Source of the DNA: Naegleria gruberi
Taxonomy: Eukaryota
Strand: one strand, 5' to 3'
Assembly (NCBI GenBank): GCA_000004985.1
Contig: GG739526.1
Length of the DNA stretch: 1,151 nucleotides
Within the stretch, counting starts at the first letter, position 1. Each line of letters begins with the position of its first letter. The notes under the pieces are model-generated. The model saw only the letters and a list, made by a program, of their open reading frames with translations. It made no database searches and was not told the origin of the DNA. This document shows positions 1 to 1,151 of the stretch, piece after piece. The translations under genes were made by a program, and so were the position numbers.

Positions 1-7
1 CAGTATC

Positions 8-220
8 ATGTATTCAGCCAGAGAAATATTTGGTCAATCGAGAAAAATAGCAAACTTTCAAAAATTCACCAAGTTCAACAAGAGTTTTACAATACATCGT
101 AGTAGTTTCGGATCATCATCATTTTCTTCCAATTTTAATATAAATTTTGATGAAATAACTGTTGAAAAAGATGATGATAATCCATCTGCTCTCTATGTTG
201 GATTATTCGAATATTATTAA
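8..220 (+). CDS. hypothetical protein (marginal ORF, possibly a fragment of a disrupted gene)
   Basis: ATG at 8-10 and stop TAA at 218-220. The frame is also open back to the window edge (2-7 = agt atc), so the ORF may be 5'-partial. The product is F/S/N/K-rich (RSSFGSSSFSSNFNINF), which is the composition expected from translating AT-rich non-coding DNA. An open frame of about 70 codons at this base composition is expected by chance roughly once per kb, so this one is weak on its own. No SD-like motif can be judged because the window edge is too close. Confidence 0.3.
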   Translation: MYSAREIFGQSRKIANFQKFTKFNKSFTIHRSSFGSSSFSSNFNINFDEITVEKDDDNPSALYVGLFEYY

Positions 221-374
221 CGAAAATATCAATGATTTACTCATGTCGGCATCAGAGGGTGGATTTAAACAAGCTCATTTATTGCTTGCCACGATTTCCT
301 ATTTGGAAGATTCCGACAATTCGAATAATAGCGAGACTAATAGAAATTTTAGAGATTATCTGACAAACAATTAG
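162..374 (+). CDS. hypothetical protein (marginal ORF, +1 frame relative to ORF 8-220, overlapping it by 59 nt)
   Basis: The frame is open from the TAA at 156-158 to the TAG at 372-374. The track start at 162 is TTG. In-frame ATGs lie at 171, 174, 195 and 243, and none has an upstream GGAGG-like motif. The product is N/I/L/S-rich, again AT-driven composition. Its length of 72 codons stop-to-stop is only marginally significant. The exact end-to-end tiling with its neighbours is the main argument that it is not random. Confidence 0.3.
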   Translation: MKKMMIIHLLSMLDYSNIINENINDLLMSASEGGFKQAHLLLATISYLEDSDNSNNSETNRNFRDYLTNN

Positions 375-658
375 TGGAAATGTACACGAATGGAGAGGGA
401 ACAGAAGCAAGTTATTCGAAAGCAATGAATCAAAAATTGTGGTACTATTTCACCAAATGTCTCTATGGATTTGGAGTTGTTACTACTCTCTCTGCATACC
501 TATTAATTCAATTATTGAGTGCAGTATTAATTGTCATTGCTCTTTTCTTTTTTTCATTACATGTTTCGGCAGTTGATGCATTCGAAATTGATTTGGATTT
601 TTCTTTTGAGAATGATGATACGCCAAATAAGACTTTTTCATTCAAATTGTCCAAGTAG
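374..658 (+). CDS. small predicted membrane protein with two adjacent hydrophobic helices (or one long one) and an acidic C-terminal tail
   Basis: The frame is open 353-658, which is 102 codons stop-to-stop and unlikely by chance at this composition. Candidate starts are GTG at 374 and ATG at 380-382 (gaaATGt). The stop is TAG at 656-658. The translation contains LYGFGVVTTLSAYLLIQLLSAVLIVIALFFFSLHVSAV, about 40 consecutive hydrophobic residues. It is followed by DAFEIDLDFSFENDD, which is acidic. Codons are GGA x4 for Gly, TGG for Trp and TGT for Cys. I recognise no homologue. Confidence 0.55.
   Translation: MEMYTNGEGTEASYSKAMNQKLWYYFTKCLYGFGVVTTLSAYLLIQLLSAVLIVIALFFFSLHVSAVDAFEIDLDFSFENDDTPNKTFSFKLSK
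548..554 (+). repeat. T7 homopolymer inside the coding region of ORF 374-658 (codons ttc ttt ttt t, encoding FFF within the hydrophobic segment)
   Basis: Direct count: positions 548-554 are all T, flanked by C at 547 and C at 555. Confidence 0.9.
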
Positions 659-666
659 ATCATCAT

Positions 667-706
667 TTAATTAAGGAATTCCATTAAAATCCATACCAAT
701 TAATTG
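667..706. repeat. cluster of three perfect palindromes in the convergent intergenic spacer: TTAATTAA (667-674), GGAATTCC (675-682, directly abutting) and CAATTAATTG (697-706)
   Basis: Read directly from the sequence. Each is exactly self-complementary. They lie between the stop of the + ORF (658) and the stop of the - ORF (769). A TATATA box follows at 730-735. No GC-rich stem plus T-tract is present. Confidence 0.8.
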
Positions 707-768
707 ACCTTACTAGAAGAAAACTGAAATATATAAACATTCTTTGCAATTTCCAAATTCGAAACCAA

Positions 769-1110
769 CTATTCATCTTGTGCAATAAGCGAAATATCAC
801 AAAGCTTCGAATTGTTGGCTATTCTCCAAAGAACTGGTTTCCATTCTCTTCCACTTTCTCTCAAACATTTAGAAATGAATGGAAACCTAGATTTCACTCC
901 ACTGAAAATCAAATCCTTAATCTCATTAACCTCCTCCTTATTTAGCAAATTAACAATGTGATACTCTGTTTCGTGTTCCTCAAAAAATTCACTCATCATT
1001 GAATTAATGACCATTCTTTCGTTTTCATTTGAGATTCGTTTCAATTCTTCCCTCATTTCATGATTCTTTAAATTTTCATAAACAACTCCTCGTTTCAGTT
1101 TTGATTGCAA
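769..1110 (-). CDS. hypothetical protein with a Glu/Lys-rich, probably helical, N-terminal half and a C-terminal half containing W/C/P residues; no family recognised
   Basis: On the minus strand the frame is open from the TAG at 1141-1143 to the TAG at 769-771. That is 124 codons and the most significant ORF in the window. The track start at 1108-1110 is TTG, not ATG. The first ATG is codon 19 (+ strand 1054-1056), which would give a product of about 95 aa beginning MREELKRISNENERMV. The composition is E-rich (about 17 Glu) and not purely AT-driven. Codons are GGA x3, CCA x2 and TGG x2. There is no SD-like motif before either candidate start. Confidence 0.65.
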   Translation of the reverse strand: MQSKLKRGVVYENLKNHEMREELKRISNENERMVINSMMSEFFEEHETEYHIVNLLNKEEVNEIKDLIFSGVKSRFPFISKCLRESGREWKPVLWRIANNSKLCDISLIAQDE

Positions 1111-1151
1111 AACATCTGGTTTGGTGAATAATACTATTTTCTACAATTGGA

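Larger units (their letters stand above)
8..658 (+). pseudogene. alternative reading of the three + strand ORFs as one gene interrupted by a +1 shift (within 159-220) and a -1/+2 shift (within 353-374)
   Basis: The ORFs in frames 2, 3 and 2 abut with overlaps of 62 and 22 nt and no uncovered gap. The net frame is restored after the second shift. An A5 run (165-169) and (CT)3 (189-194) sit inside the first overlap. Without homology I cannot distinguish a decayed gene from sequencing indels, true recoding, or two chance ORFs upstream of a real small gene. Confidence 0.25.

Noticed and set aside
165-194. Phase-variation switch (A5 at 165-169, (CT)3 at 189-194, (GAT)3 at 170-178) controlling the ORF1/ORF2 frame
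   Set aside because: The tracts are too short for efficient slipped-strand mispairing, and the trinucleotide repeat cannot change frame. I kept them only as possible sites of an indel error.
215-375. Euplotes-style obligatory +1 frameshifting at stop codons, or a TGA-recoded genetic code
   Set aside because: It is tempting because both shifts can be placed at TAA or TAG, and no ORF ends in TGA. The contexts are TAT-TAA and AAT-TAG rather than the characteristic AAA-TAA/TAG. The second shift is -1/+2 rather than +1. Trp is TGG throughout. Any frameshifted pseudogene produces the same picture.
150-380. Spliceosomal introns (GT...AG, nematode TTTCAG or yeast TACTAAC type) that would join the three + strand frames
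   Set aside because: I enumerated the GT and AG dinucleotides around both overlaps. The only frame-correcting candidates are a 10-nt GTTGAAAAAG, and 61- and 97-nt intervals with GTTGGA or GTTGAA donors. None resembles a real intron. TTTCAG motifs exist at 12-17 and 1093-1098 on the + strand, and as the complement of 902-908 and 723-728 on the - strand. They do not sit where they would repair the frames.
508-666. 52-aa minus-strand ORF antisense to ORF 374-658, starting at a TAAATG (+ strand 664-669)
   Set aside because: The product is low-complexity and K/S/N-rich, and the ORF is below chance-length significance. It is most likely a shadow ORF of the + strand gene. TAAATG is the poxvirus late-promoter motif. 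That motif, the roughly 33% GC, the GGA codon bias, the T5NT at 548-554 and the A-rich stretch before ATG 1054 made me consider a poxvirus origin, but this evidence does not add up to support.
659-768. Rho-independent terminators for either convergent gene
   Set aside because: There is no GC-rich stem followed by a T-run on either strand. The only self-complementary elements are loop-less AT-rich palindromes.
162-1110. Shine-Dalgarno sites supporting the TTG/GTG starts reported by the ORF track
   Set aside because: No GGAGG- or AGGA-like sequence lies at suitable spacing before 162, 171, 243, 374, 380, 1110 or 1056. The alternative starts are simply the first permissible codons after the upstream stops.
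1-1151. Mobile element ends, CRISPR repeats, tRNA/ncRNA structures
   Set aside because: There are no direct or inverted repeats longer than 10 bp, no repeat-spacer periodicity and no cloverleaf-compatible segments. The window gives nothing to support such calls.

Overview
This is an AT-rich window (about one third G+C by eye) with no rRNA, tRNA, CRISPR array, IS/transposon ends or long repeats that I can see. On the + strand three open frames tile positions 8-658 with no gap, but in alternating reading frames: 8-220 (frame 2), 162-374 (frame 3) and 374-658 (frame 2). Only the third looks convincingly protein-like; it reads as a small membrane protein with roughly 40 hydrophobic residues and an acidic tail. 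The minus-strand ORF 769-1110 converges on it across a 110-bp AT-rich spacer (659-768) and is the longest and most protein-like frame in the window. The spacer holds three perfect palindromes (TTAATTAA, GGAATTCC, CAATTAATTG) and a TATATA box, but no GC-rich hairpin terminator. None of the four products is recognisably similar to any family I know, so all are called hypothetical. Three things are worth a second look. First, the +1 then -1 frame changes along the + strand could be a decayed gene, indel errors, or recoding. Second, several ORFs have no plausible ATG start and none has a Shine-Dalgarno motif. Third, codon usage is strongly biased (Gly GGA, Pro CCA, Trp TGG, every stop TAA or TAG). 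That bias fits SD-independent bacteria, a eukaryote such as a nematode, or an AT-rich eukaryotic virus about as well as it fits an ordinary low-GC bacterium. I cannot demonstrate an 'exciting new system' from 1.15 kb of orphan ORFs, and I say so rather than invent one.
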